Shown: one piece after another, positions 13,160 to 21,744 of the stretch
How the letters are laid out: the number at the start of each line of letters is the position of its first letter
Numbering within the stretch: the first letter of the stretch is position 1
Notes under the pieces: model-generated
What the model was told of the DNA's origin: nothing
The model's input: only the letters and a program-made list of their open reading frames with translations
Database searches by the model: none
IMG/VR virus record: IMGVR_UViG_3300025635_000135
Span: 1-26,649 of that record
Length of the DNA: 26,649 nt
Direction: 5' to 3' (one strand)
From: a virus
Lineage: Duplodnaviria; Caudoviricetes
Translations under genes and position numbers: made by a program

Positions 13160-15617
13160 ATCCTTCTCTCAATACTCTGTTTATTCCCATCTCACTAAAC
13201 ATTAAATCATAGTTTTGTGATGGAGCGGAACTAACAACTGGTCCACCTTTTCCTTTAGCAGCACTTGCATCAGCTTGTTTGTTTCCAGCTTCAGCTAATT
13301 CCAATATCGACATTGATAAATCACCGAACATTGAACCAAATGCTTCTAACAATAATTGAACGTCAGATTTACCTGCGTTTGAATCTGCCAGTTCTTGTTT
13401 TCTTTTTTCTTCTTTATCAGCTGTAGCAGAAGCAGTTTCCATCGACGGAGAAAAACTACTAGCTAACTGTTGTTGCCTTCCTCGTCTTGGTCCTTTTTCT
13501 GCTTCACTCGGTCTCTCAAACGTATCCATGAATATGTCTGCTGCTTTTGATGCAGTAATACCGGAAGCAGAAAGTTTGTCTAAAGTATTTTTTTCTGTGG
13601 TAGTAAGTTCTTTCCAAATGTAATCTAACTGTGCATAAGGATCATCTGCTCTAACTCCTTTTTCAGTAGCCCACATCATATAGTCAGATTTTCTATTACC
13701 TAACCATTGAGCCAAACCAAATGCTCCGGAACTAGAATTGATTGCACCAGAATTCAAACTTGATTCTTCCCAAAGATTTGCTGCAATCCCAGATGCTGCT
13801 TCGAATGATAATCCTTTAGCCATAAAATAAGAAATAACATCTCTCATTTTTATAGTTTTACCGGAATCTAAATTTATTCCTTTGTATCCACCACTTGCAG
13901 GTCCTAATGCTGATGATCTTCTTTCTCTTTGTTCTCTTACAGTTTTTTGTTCAGCTGCGTCAGCAGCTGCATTAGCACTTTCTTTTATGTTATCTATATT
14001 TGCTCTATCATATAATCTGTTTTTTTCCACTTCAATTTCGTCAGCTTTTCTTTGTCTAGCTGCATCAACAATACTATCTGTAGTATTACCAAAAGTCATT
14101 CCCGGGAAAACTTTTTGAAACTCATCAGTATAACCTTTAAATTTTTTATTTTGTTGAATCGCTGAAATTTGTTTTCTCAGACTTATCATTATAGCTTTAT
14201 CTTTTGTAGATGGATCTTTTATATCTTCCATCGTTTTAAGACTTTCTTGTTTGTCTTGGAGATCGGATACCATATCAAGAAATGCACTATCATTAGACAT
14301 TCTTGTTAATAATTCTTTTTGAGCTGCATCGGTAACTGTTCCTGATGCCAGAGTATTGTTTATTTGTGTTGACAAATATTTTCCACCTTTTGCTCCACCC
14401 CATACTGTTGCTCCTCCAGCGAGTAGACCAATTATTCCACCTATAACAGCTCCAGGTACTCCACCTCTTGTTGCTCCAGCAGCTGCACTACCTAATGCTG
14501 CAGCTACTGTTGGAGCAATTTTTAATCCTGTTAAAGCACCACCGATTTGTCCCATATAATCAATTATGATTGTGCCATAATCTAAGAATGCTTTTTGCAT
14601 TTCTAAAATTGCTAGTCGTCCAGTTACCTGAACTATATCAATAACTTTAGATAAAATATCTCCAGAATATGCTAAAAATCGACTGAATTGAACTTCAACC
14701 TTTTCCATTATTCCTACGGTGTTCATTCCAGTTTTTTCATCAAATTTTCCAAGCACTTTATAGATAGCACTTACAAATGTTTCACCCTCTTTAAAGTTGA
14801 AGAAATCTCTGATTCGTTTTCCTATATCATCAAAATTAATAGAACCTGTTACGGATTTAGAAATTGTATATGCGAGATATCCTGCACCTGCCAATGCGAT
14901 TATTCCGAATATACCCATACCACTTACAATGGACGCTAATCCACCAAGAACTCCAGAAAGAATTCCACCACCGACTCCCATTATTCCAGAAAATACAGAA
15001 CCTAGTAAACCAGCAGCTCCACTTATAAGACTTCCACCTATACTTAATCCTGTTCCTAAAACACTTCCAAGTCCTTTGACAATAGAACCAGCTAAAGAAG
15101 AAACAAATGAAAAGGTACTGAATATACCTCCAACTACACCACCCGCAATATCAGTTACTCCACCACTGGAACTTGGTGCAGCTTTAGGTGATTGTTTTTT
15201 AGGACCACCAAGTTTAAATTTATTGAAACCTGCTTCTGGTTTACTGTAAGCTTTTCTTCCAGATGCACGAACAAGTAATTGCATATTTTGTTTCATAATA
15301 TTCATATCTCTAGCCATAGATGGAAGAACCATACTATTTCTAGCAGTAATACGAATTGCTCCCGCAGTAACACTACTCAATCCACTTCCAGAAGTACCTG
15401 CGGATTCTCTTTGAGCTTTTGCTCCATAACGATAACCTTGTCCAAAAACACCACGCATAACCTGTCCAAAAACACCTTGCTTTGGAAATACTTTGCGCCA
15501 ATCTTTTTGTTCTTTCATGTTAGCAGCAAATGCGTTAAGAAGGGAATCGGACATCCCTTTTCCGGATTTAAGTTCCGATCTTAATATTTGTGCTAATCTA
15601 GATTCTTTTTCTGCCAT
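13158..15617 (-). CDS. tape-measure/baseplate-hub (gp29-like) protein with C-terminal phage-tail-lysozyme domain
   Basis: Gly/Ala-rich hydrophobic stretches and coiled coil. GLSFEAASGIAANLWEESSLN...AFGLAQWLGNR...AQLDYIWKEL...FERP (about 13509-13847) matches Phage_lysozyme2. Lies downstream of gp26/gp51. Confidence 0.75.
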   Translation of the reverse strand: MAEKESRLAQILRSELKSGKGMSDSLLNAFAANMKEQKDWRKVFPKQGVFGQVMRGVFGQGYRYGAKAQRESAGTSGSGLSSVTAGAIRITARNSMVLPSMARDMNIMKQNMQLLVRASGRKAYSKPEAGFNKFKLGGPKKQSPKAAPSSSGGVTDIAGGVVGGIFSTFSFVSSLAGSIVKGLGSVLGTGLSIGGSLISGAAGLLGSVFSGIMGVGGGILSGVLGGLASIVSGMGIFGIIALAGAGYLAYTISKSVTGSINFDDIGKRIRDFFNFKEGETFVSAIYKVLGKFDEKTGMNTVGIMEKVEVQFSRFLAYSGDILSKVIDIVQVTGRLAILEMQKAFLDYGTIIIDYMGQIGGALTGLKIAPTVAAALGSAAAGATRGGVPGAVIGGIIGLLAGGATVWGGAKGGKYLSTQINNTLASGTVTDAAQKELLTRMSNDSAFLDMVSDLQDKQESLKTMEDIKDPSTKDKAIMISLRKQISAIQQNKKFKGYTDEFQKVFPGMTFGNTTDSIVDAARQRKADEIEVEKNRLYDRANIDNIKESANAAADAAEQKTVREQRERRSSALGPASGGYKGINLDSGKTIKMRDVISYFMAKGLSFEAASGIAANLWEESSLNSGAINSSSGAFGLAQWLGNRKSDYMMWATEKGVRADDPYAQLDYIWKELTTTEKNTLDKLSASGITASKAADIFMDTFERPSEAEKGPRRGRQQQLASSFSPSMETASATADKEEKRKQELADSNAGKSDVQLLLEAFGSMFGDLSMSILELAEAGNKQADASAAKGKGGPVVSSAPSQNYDLMFSEMGINRVLREG

Positions 15618-15620
15618 GGA

Positions 15621-15821
15621 TTATCTCTTTTTCCTAGTGTTTTTTTCTAGTTCTCGTTGTTGTTTTTCTTTTTCTATGTGTTGAACCAATAACGATACAT
15701 ATAATTCTCTTTCCCACGGTATCATATTTTCCAATTCTGTCAAACTATATTTGTGATGATGTACCAATGAAAAATTAGTTTGGTAATAGTTTGACAGATT
15801 GTCATGAGAAAGAGTTATTCG
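15621..15821 (-). CDS. gp51: gp51-type baseplate hub assembly chaperone domain; probably expressed as a -1 frameshift fusion to gp26 (not in ORF track)
   Basis: Translated by hand: RITLSHDNLSNYYQTNFSLVHHHKYSLTELENMIPWERELYVSLLVQHIEKEKQQRELEKNTRKKR*. No ATG/GTG precedes the conserved block. Confidence 0.85.
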   Translation of the reverse strand, partial: RITLSHDNLSNYYQTNFSLVHHHKYSLTELENMIPWERELYVSLLVQHIEKEKQQRELEKNTRKKR

Positions 15822-16552
15822 AAAAAATTCTGTACACCCTCAATAAAGATTTTATCTTCCATTCCACACTTAGGACATTTAAAATCAAGGTCTTTTTTTA
15901 CCTTTGGCATAGTGTCAAAAAACTTTTTAATTTCTTCCAAGTGTTTTTGTTGAAGGTTGTCTATGAATTCTAACAGTTCTTGTCTTTCAGTATCTTTAGT
16001 ATAATATAGATTATCACTATCGTAAATGTATTCTATACATTGTATCAATAGATCATATATTGCTTCATCCTCTGTTTTTGATTCGATTTTTCTCATCATT
16101 TCAAAAGTGGGATACTTTAACACTAAACCTAAATTATCAGAAATCTGTATTTTGTTAGTGTGTCCTTCTGCAAATTCTGGATGAATTTGTAATACGTCAA
16201 TTTTATATTCTACAAAACCGTTACATGTTTTAGGTTCTTCATTATCTGGACCTTTTATTTGATTGTTGCATCTATACTTAATATCAACAATTTCATTGAC
16301 CGATCTTGCTCGAAGATTCAAGAATAAAAATTCTAAATCAAATACTGGTAATGTATCGATATCAAGTTCTGTTATGATACAATTTTTAAGTACCTGTTTT
16401 ATCGATTCAATTATTTCTTTTGTTTCAGTTGCCTGAGCAGACATTAAAAGTAACTTTTGTTCCTTTACTAGAAACGGTCTAAATTTTACTACTTGGTTGT
16501 TTGATGGTAATATCGCTTCATAAATCGGCACATCAATTTTTGGTAAAGCCAT
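15815..16552 (-). CDS. gp26: baseplate hub assembly chaperone gp26
   Basis: MALPKIDVPIYE...KFRPFLVKEQKLLL, FDLEFLFLNLRARSVNE, LKYPT, FFDTMPK, CPKCG, EGVQNFF. Confidence 0.9.
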   Translation of the reverse strand: MALPKIDVPIYEAILPSNNQVVKFRPFLVKEQKLLLMSAQATETKEIIESIKQVLKNCIITELDIDTLPVFDLEFLFLNLRARSVNEIVDIKYRCNNQIKGPDNEEPKTCNGFVEYKIDVLQIHPEFAEGHTNKIQISDNLGLVLKYPTFEMMRKIESKTEDEAIYDLLIQCIEYIYDSDNLYYTKDTERQELLEFIDNLQQKHLEEIKKFFDTMPKVKKDLDFKCPKCGMEDKIFIEGVQNFFE

Positions 16553-16570
16553 AAAGTAACCCCTTAATAA

Positions 16571-17332
16571 TTATAATGTTGAAATTTTACTTAATACTTC
16601 TTTTTGAGCTCTTGCTATTCCAGTACCTATGATACTACTTAGGATATCGTTGGTATCGTACTTACCATCGTAGATTGTTCTATACTTGTAATAAGAAAAA
16701 TTAACAGTCAATCTATGAAAACCGTCCTCTGCCCAAGAAACTTGTTGTGATGATATACCTGTTGGAAAAGCATCTTCTAATTCTAACGCATATATTTGTT
16801 TTACAAAATCATTGTACTGTATGATTTTTATTTGCGTCATGTAATTAGAACCACCTCCTTTTGCTTTAGGAAATCTAAAGTTATGTGTATTTGGTGAACG
16901 TATGACTTCCATCCATGCATCAAATAACTTTCTTTCACTAAATTCACTATTACACAAAAAGGTCAATGAAATGTCATTATATGTTGTTTGATTTGGTACT
17001 CTAAAAGTTGGTCCGTATATTTTAACATCAGAAGTTGTAAATGATTTTCCTGGAAGTTCAGTAGATTCGCATTGCAAAGACAACCATCTAGTTGCATCAT
17101 TTTTCCAACTATAACTTGGATCTCGCTCTGTGACATTATTCTGATTACCAGTACGTTGAAGTACGTTTGTAAAATCATTAGCAAGATTTACAAGATTTGA
17201 ACCTAAACTATCTTTAAATCTTCTGGAAAGTAGTTGAGGTATTGGTACAATTACTTGAAAACGACTAGGCTTTGCTAGACCACCACCTTTTGCATCTAGG
17301 TTAGCAAGAAATTGATTTGGTGAAAATGTCAT
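16571..17332 (-). CDS. gp54: tail-tube-fold baseplate protein (gp54/gp19-like tube initiator)
   Basis: GGLAKPSRFQV, CESTELPGKSFTT, YGPTFRVP, YNDISLTF, ERKLFDAWM, LEDAFPT, LTVNFSY. Confidence 0.7.
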   Translation of the reverse strand: MTFSPNQFLANLDAKGGGLAKPSRFQVIVPIPQLLSRRFKDSLGSNLVNLANDFTNVLQRTGNQNNVTERDPSYSWKNDATRWLSLQCESTELPGKSFTTSDVKIYGPTFRVPNQTTYNDISLTFLCNSEFSERKLFDAWMEVIRSPNTHNFRFPKAKGGGSNYMTQIKIIQYNDFVKQIYALELEDAFPTGISSQQVSWAEDGFHRLTVNFSYYKYRTIYDGKYDTNDILSSIIGTGIARAQKEVLSKISTL

Positions 17333-17910
17333 TAGAATTTTTCCTCTGATTCTGCGAATACTCTGTTTTTAGATGCCTTCGCAAAGTTCTCTACTGGCAA
17401 CAATGCAGCAATATCCCATTCGTTTGCATCTATCTGTACGAATTTGGATTGAATGTGTTTATACAAATATTTCTTTAGGCAAGGAGTGTGTTCGTATATT
17501 CTGGAAGTATTTTTAAGGTAATGATAATTTACTCTTAATCTGGTACTTGCATCGTAACGATTATTTGTGTTTGTTTCACTCAACTTGTCTAAAAATATTA
17601 ATCTTTGTCTTGGACGAATGTAATGTAAATTTAGTCCAAGGAATCCGTCGGAATGTTCTTCAATAGGTATGACCAAAGGAAACTTATCGTAGTATTCTAA
17701 GAATTCTTTAGTCTTTGGATCGTAGTAGTAGAAATACATACCACCTACGATTGAAGAATCCCTTAGTCTAGGTTTATCTTCCGTTAGTCTAGTTCTCGAT
17801 GGATTTAGACTTTTGATTTTAGATTGTAACCACGCACGAGCTTTATCGGTACGTGCAGTCAATCCCTCTTTTTTCAGAGAACTTTCTATTCGATTTATTA
17901 AGTATGCCAT
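17332..17910 (-). CDS. gp2: DNA end protector protein gp2
   Basis: GGMYFYYYDPKTKE.LEYYDKFPLV, GFLGLNLHY, CLKKYLYKHIQS, EWDIAALLPVENF. Confidence 0.92.
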   Translation of the reverse strand: MAYLINRIESSLKKEGLTARTDKARAWLQSKIKSLNPSRTRLTEDKPRLRDSSIVGGMYFYYYDPKTKEFLEYYDKFPLVIPIEEHSDGFLGLNLHYIRPRQRLIFLDKLSETNTNNRYDASTRLRVNYHYLKNTSRIYEHTPCLKKYLYKHIQSKFVQIDANEWDIAALLPVENFAKASKNRVFAESEEKF

Positions 17911-17914
17911 CGTC

Positions 17915-17921
17915 TATTTAT
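17915..17921 (-). promoter_or_regulatory. T4-type late promoter upstream of gp2
   Basis: The minus strand reads ATAAATA-GACG-ATG. Confidence 0.6.
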
Positions 17922-17922
17922 C

Positions 17923-18354
17923 TCACAAACCAAGGTGTTTCTCAGTTATGATTTTAAATTCCCATCCGTGATCTTTGCAGAACTCGGTTGCTGCTTTCCA
18001 CTTAGACTGATTGATGACGTAGGTCATAGATTCCTGAATGTACTTCTTTGTCTTTCGTTTCTGTTCAGGTTTCTTGGTTTGAATCTCAGGTTTGACTTCA
18101 ATCACATACGTCATAACGGTACCATCTTTGCGTTTCATCTTTGCCACAAAGTCTGGGAAATAACGATGTTTCTTATTGTCAATTGGGTTGTAGTATGGTA
18201 TAATAAGCTCTTCGGACGCCCACCAGATTACTTCCGGATGATCGTCTAGATACTTCATTACACGTAGTTCCCACAGAGAACGGTAAATGATATTATTTGC
18301 ATTTCCGTTGTATTTTGTGGGGTTCTTGGGTTTAAATGTTCCTTTGTATGACAT
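17923..18354 (-). CDS. gp4: head completion nuclease gp4
   Basis: YKGTFKPKNPTKYNG...IIYRSLWE, WWASEE, HRYFPDF, IEVKP..QT, NQSKWKAA, FKIITE. Confidence 0.93.
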   Translation of the reverse strand: MSYKGTFKPKNPTKYNGNANNIIYRSLWELRVMKYLDDHPEVIWWASEELIIPYYNPIDNKKHRYFPDFVAKMKRKDGTVMTYVIEVKPEIQTKKPEQKRKTKKYIQESMTYVINQSKWKAATEFCKDHGWEFKIITEKHLGL

Positions 18355-18359
18355 AAATA
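18353..18359 (+). promoter_or_regulatory. T4-type late promoter for the gp48 operon
   Basis: ATAAATA overlaps the gp4 start codon in the 34-bp divergent gap; CTAGATA on the opposite strand (18361-18367) may serve gp4. Confidence 0.6.
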
Positions 18360-18388
18360 CTATCTAGTTAATCTTTCAGGGCAATCCA

Positions 18389-19711
18389 ATGGACTTCAAC
18401 TTTTTTGACGTAAAATACACCACAGAAGAATATGTAGGTTCAGACCTCAATACTCGTAATAAAAACAAAAATGGTGTGAACAGTTTAAACGGGTTCACTA
18501 CATCAAGATATCCACTTGACCTTGGAGATATTGATAAGAATCATTTTGTGTTTTTTACTATCTATCAACAAGTTAGATCATCAGACGCAACACGTAGTAT
18601 AGCAACAGGTAGTGGTGGAAACGTAAACTCAACTAGTCAGATGCGTACCAAATTATCATCTCAGGGTGTTAATATAAGTGCGGCACCAGGGATAGTTGCG
18701 GGACAAGAAATTTTTCAAAAAGCAATAAACACCGTAGCAACACCAATTCAAAATAATAAGGCATTTAAATCTCTTGCTGATAGGTATCCACAAATAGTAA
18801 ATGCTGTTGGTGCCGGAGCAAAATCATTTCAAGATTCTGCACAAATTATGCCAGTAACGGATGGTAATCTTTTTAATCAAGTTGAACAGATAGTGGATGC
18901 TATTGCTTTGTATATGCCAGACACAATGGCATTCAGTTCAAGTCAAAGTTACTCAGATGTGTCTATGAGTGATATCGGTTTAGGATTAGTTGGTGCTTCT
19001 GCTTTATCTGAATTGATGAAATCGAATATGGACATCGGAAAGATTTCTAAGATTATTGGTGGAAATATAAGTCCTTTTGCTTATGCAGGAATAAAGAAAG
19101 CGTTGGGAACTTCTGGAACCAGTTTGTTTACAGCATTTACTGGGCAAGTAATGAATCCACAACTTGAACTGTTATATGCTAGTCCGTCTTTTAGAGAATT
19201 TAGTTTAGACTTTATGTTCTATCCAAGAAGCGAAATGGAAGCATATGAAGCATATAAAATTATAGAATTGTTTAACTATCATTCTGCTCCTGAAGTTAAA
19301 ACTGGAGAAGCTGGATTTTTCATGTATCCTCCGTCAATGTTCGATATTCAATTTATGTACGCAGGTAAAGAAAATACAAACTTACCAAAAATGTCTAGTT
19401 GTGTTCTAACAAGAGTTGACGTTGATTATGCTCCTAATGGATTTGCTACATACGAAGATCCTGATAATACTGAATCACCTTCATTAGGTGGTACAGGTAC
19501 TCCTATTGCAACAAGAATGACTTTACACTTTAAAGAAACACAAATACAGTCTAAACATACTATCCTATATAATAATGCGAATAGAGGTGCGTTTAAAACT
19601 AATCAATCTAACCCAACCAACATAACACCGAAACCTCCAACGACACAATCCGATGCAACTTTATCTACGGTAGACAACCCAACTTTTGAAACAAGATCGA
19701 CTTCAAAATAA
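18389..19711 (+). CDS. gp48: baseplate tail-tube cap gp48
   Basis: RYPLD, IALYMPD, NPQLELLY...FREFSLDFMFYPRS..E, YPPSMFDIQF, CVLTRVDVDYAPNG, MTLHFKET. Confidence 0.88.
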   Translation: MDFNFFDVKYTTEEYVGSDLNTRNKNKNGVNSLNGFTTSRYPLDLGDIDKNHFVFFTIYQQVRSSDATRSIATGSGGNVNSTSQMRTKLSSQGVNISAAPGIVAGQEIFQKAINTVATPIQNNKAFKSLADRYPQIVNAVGAGAKSFQDSAQIMPVTDGNLFNQVEQIVDAIALYMPDTMAFSSSQSYSDVSMSDIGLGLVGASALSELMKSNMDIGKISKIIGGNISPFAYAGIKKALGTSGTSLFTAFTGQVMNPQLELLYASPSFREFSLDFMFYPRSEMEAYEAYKIIELFNYHSAPEVKTGEAGFFMYPPSMFDIQFMYAGKENTNLPKMSSCVLTRVDVDYAPNGFATYEDPDNTESPSLGGTGTPIATRMTLHFKETQIQSKHTILYNNANRGAFKTNQSNPTNITPKPPTTQSDATLSTVDNPTFETRSTSK

Positions 19712-19712
19712 C

Positions 19713-20351
19713 ATGTCAAAATATTTTTCTTATTTTCCAAAAACATCATATACAGTTTCTCCTAATGGGGATAGTATAGACTTAGTTACAAATATAATGA
19801 CAAGATTCAAGATGCAAGAATCTTTTAAAGAAAACACAGCAGTTTTTAACAAGTATACTATTAAAGATGGAGATACACCAGAATCAATAGCTTATGATTT
19901 TTATGGTGATGTTGAATATCATTGGATTGTATTATTGTATAATAATATACTTGATCCACAATTCAACTGGCCACTTGAAGATAGATCGTTGAGTAGGTAC
20001 ATAGATTCCAAATATGAAACCTATGCTGATACTGCAAACAATGAAACAGGATTGGTTTGGTCAAGATCGAATATACATTCTTACTATAAAGAAATAACTA
20101 CAACAACATCAAAAAATATTTCACATACTCAGATTATTCAGATCGATGCACCAACTTATGCAAATACTATATCACTATCTGTACCTGTTACTTTATCAAG
20201 TGGTGAACAGATAACTAAATCGACTATAAGAAGTTCAAAAACATATTTTCAATATGAGTATGATGTTAATGAAAATCTGAGATCAATTAAAATTTTAAAA
20301 CCAGAATTTATTTTTGCATTAAGAGATGAATTCCGTAGAACTATTGCATAA
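19713..20351 (+). CDS. gp53: baseplate wedge subunit gp53 (LysM-like)
   Basis: MSKYFSYFPK..Y, YTIKDGDTPESIAYDFYGDVEYHWIVLLYNNI.DP..NWPL, YE...NE..RSIKILKPEF. ATG 19713 preferred over TTG 19686. Confidence 0.9.
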   Translation: MSKYFSYFPKTSYTVSPNGDSIDLVTNIMTRFKMQESFKENTAVFNKYTIKDGDTPESIAYDFYGDVEYHWIVLLYNNILDPQFNWPLEDRSLSRYIDSKYETYADTANNETGLVWSRSNIHSYYKEITTTTSKNISHTQIIQIDAPTYANTISLSVPVTLSSGEQITKSTIRSSKTYFQYEYDVNENLRSIKILKPEFIFALRDEFRRTIA

Positions 20352-21736
20352 TGGAAGAAATTAATCAAACCACAGATTATAATATAATTTTTTTATCGAT
20401 GGTTGGTTCAGACGGAACCTTGCACGATTTAAGAAGTATTTTTGTCGAATTGAATATCTATGATACTGTAATGTTCCCTTCAGTTTCAGGTAATATTATA
20501 GTTGCCGATGCTGTTGGATTAATCAATAAATTGAAATTTGATGGATCTGAAGTTTTATTGATAAGTATGGGAAAAACGGAAACGGAACTAACATACGTTA
20601 ATAAATTTAGAGTTTATAAAGTTGACAATAGAAATCCATTAAATCAAACTAGTGAAGTTTATTCTTTACATTTTATTAGTGATGAATACATTCTTTCTTC
20701 TCAAAGAAAAATAAATCAATCATTTCTTGGAGTTTATTCTGATATAGCATCAAAGATTATGGTCAATAATCTTAATTTAAAACCAAGTAGTATAATTGTT
20801 AGTCCATCTAGTGGTATAAAGAATATTGTTGTTCCAAACTTATCTCCGATTGAATCATTAGAGTGGATGGCATCAAGAGCTGTCAATGAAGATTCTGTTC
20901 CTAACTTTTTATTCTTTGAAAATAAACACGGGTACAATTTTGTTTCATTGTCCGATATGATTCAATCAAAAGAAATTGCTAAGATAAATGTTGATCCTAA
21001 AAATTTAGGCAAAACTTTTTTTAGAGGTAAAGATAATACTACGGAAATGGGAAATGAGTTTGTAGGAGCAAGAGAATTTAAAACGATTTCTCAATTAGAC
21101 TTTTTAAAGACAGTAAAGAGTGGTTCGTATGCTGGAACCTTTTTAGGATTTGATCCTATTACTAGAACATTCGATAAACAAAAATATGATTATTCAACAT
21201 ATTATGGAAAGAATCCAGTTCATAATAATAAAGTACCAAATATTCCTTTAGTTTATGATGTTGAAGGTAAGTTGAATATAGAAAATTATGATTCAAAAAA
21301 AGTTATGTATTCTTCTGCTTTAAACAGATTGAATAGTGAGTACATAAAAAAATATGGAAATGCTATAGAAAAAAATGTTGATGATAATCCACAAGAATAT
21401 GTTTTACAACGTCCAGCAATTTTAAGAATGTTTTTCAGTAAAAGAGTAAAGTTAGTTATGCCTGGGAATTTTAATTTAACATCTGGACACACAGTTTTAA
21501 TAAAAGTTCCAGATAGAAGTCGTGTTCAAGGAGATGAAAATAAAGATGAAAGTCTTTATGGTAAATATACAATCATATCCACAAGACATATAATAACATA
21601 TACTAAACATGAAACTATTTTTGAAGCCTGTACAGATTCGTTAGATGGAACACAATTTAATCCACCATCAACTGCTCAAAATGCATATTTGGATGATGCA
21701 TATAAACTTGAAAACATTTCGACGATCACGATTTAG
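20351..21736 (+). CDS. baseplate hub protein (gp27/phage protein D-like)
   Basis: ELNIYD...SGNIIVAD...DGSE, FLFFENKHGYNFVSL, MPGNFNL.SG, YGKY.I...RH; lies between gp53 and gp5. Confidence 0.7.
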   Translation: MEEINQTTDYNIIFLSMVGSDGTLHDLRSIFVELNIYDTVMFPSVSGNIIVADAVGLINKLKFDGSEVLLISMGKTETELTYVNKFRVYKVDNRNPLNQTSEVYSLHFISDEYILSSQRKINQSFLGVYSDIASKIMVNNLNLKPSSIIVSPSSGIKNIVVPNLSPIESLEWMASRAVNEDSVPNFLFFENKHGYNFVSLSDMIQSKEIAKINVDPKNLGKTFFRGKDNTTEMGNEFVGAREFKTISQLDFLKTVKSGSYAGTFLGFDPITRTFDKQKYDYSTYYGKNPVHNNKVPNIPLVYDVEGKLNIENYDSKKVMYSSALNRLNSEYIKKYGNAIEKNVDDNPQEYVLQRPAILRMFFSKRVKLVMPGNFNLTSGHTVLIKVPDRSRVQGDENKDESLYGKYTIISTRHIITYTKHETIFEACTDSLDGTQFNPPSTAQNAYLDDAYKLENISTITI

Positions 21737-21744
21737 GATTAATA

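Noticed and set aside
15621-15821. gp51 as a pseudogene or an independent gene starting at TTG (LVHHH) or ATG (MIPWER)
   Set aside because: The frame is intact, recognisable residues lie upstream of both starts, neither has a clear SD, and a phased slippery site explains it better. A sequencing indel cannot be fully excluded.
13882-15973. Plus-strand ORFs within the tape-measure, gp51 and gp26 genes
   Set aside because: Antisense to well-supported genes; their Pro/Ile-rich translations mirror Gly/Asn codons on the coding strand.
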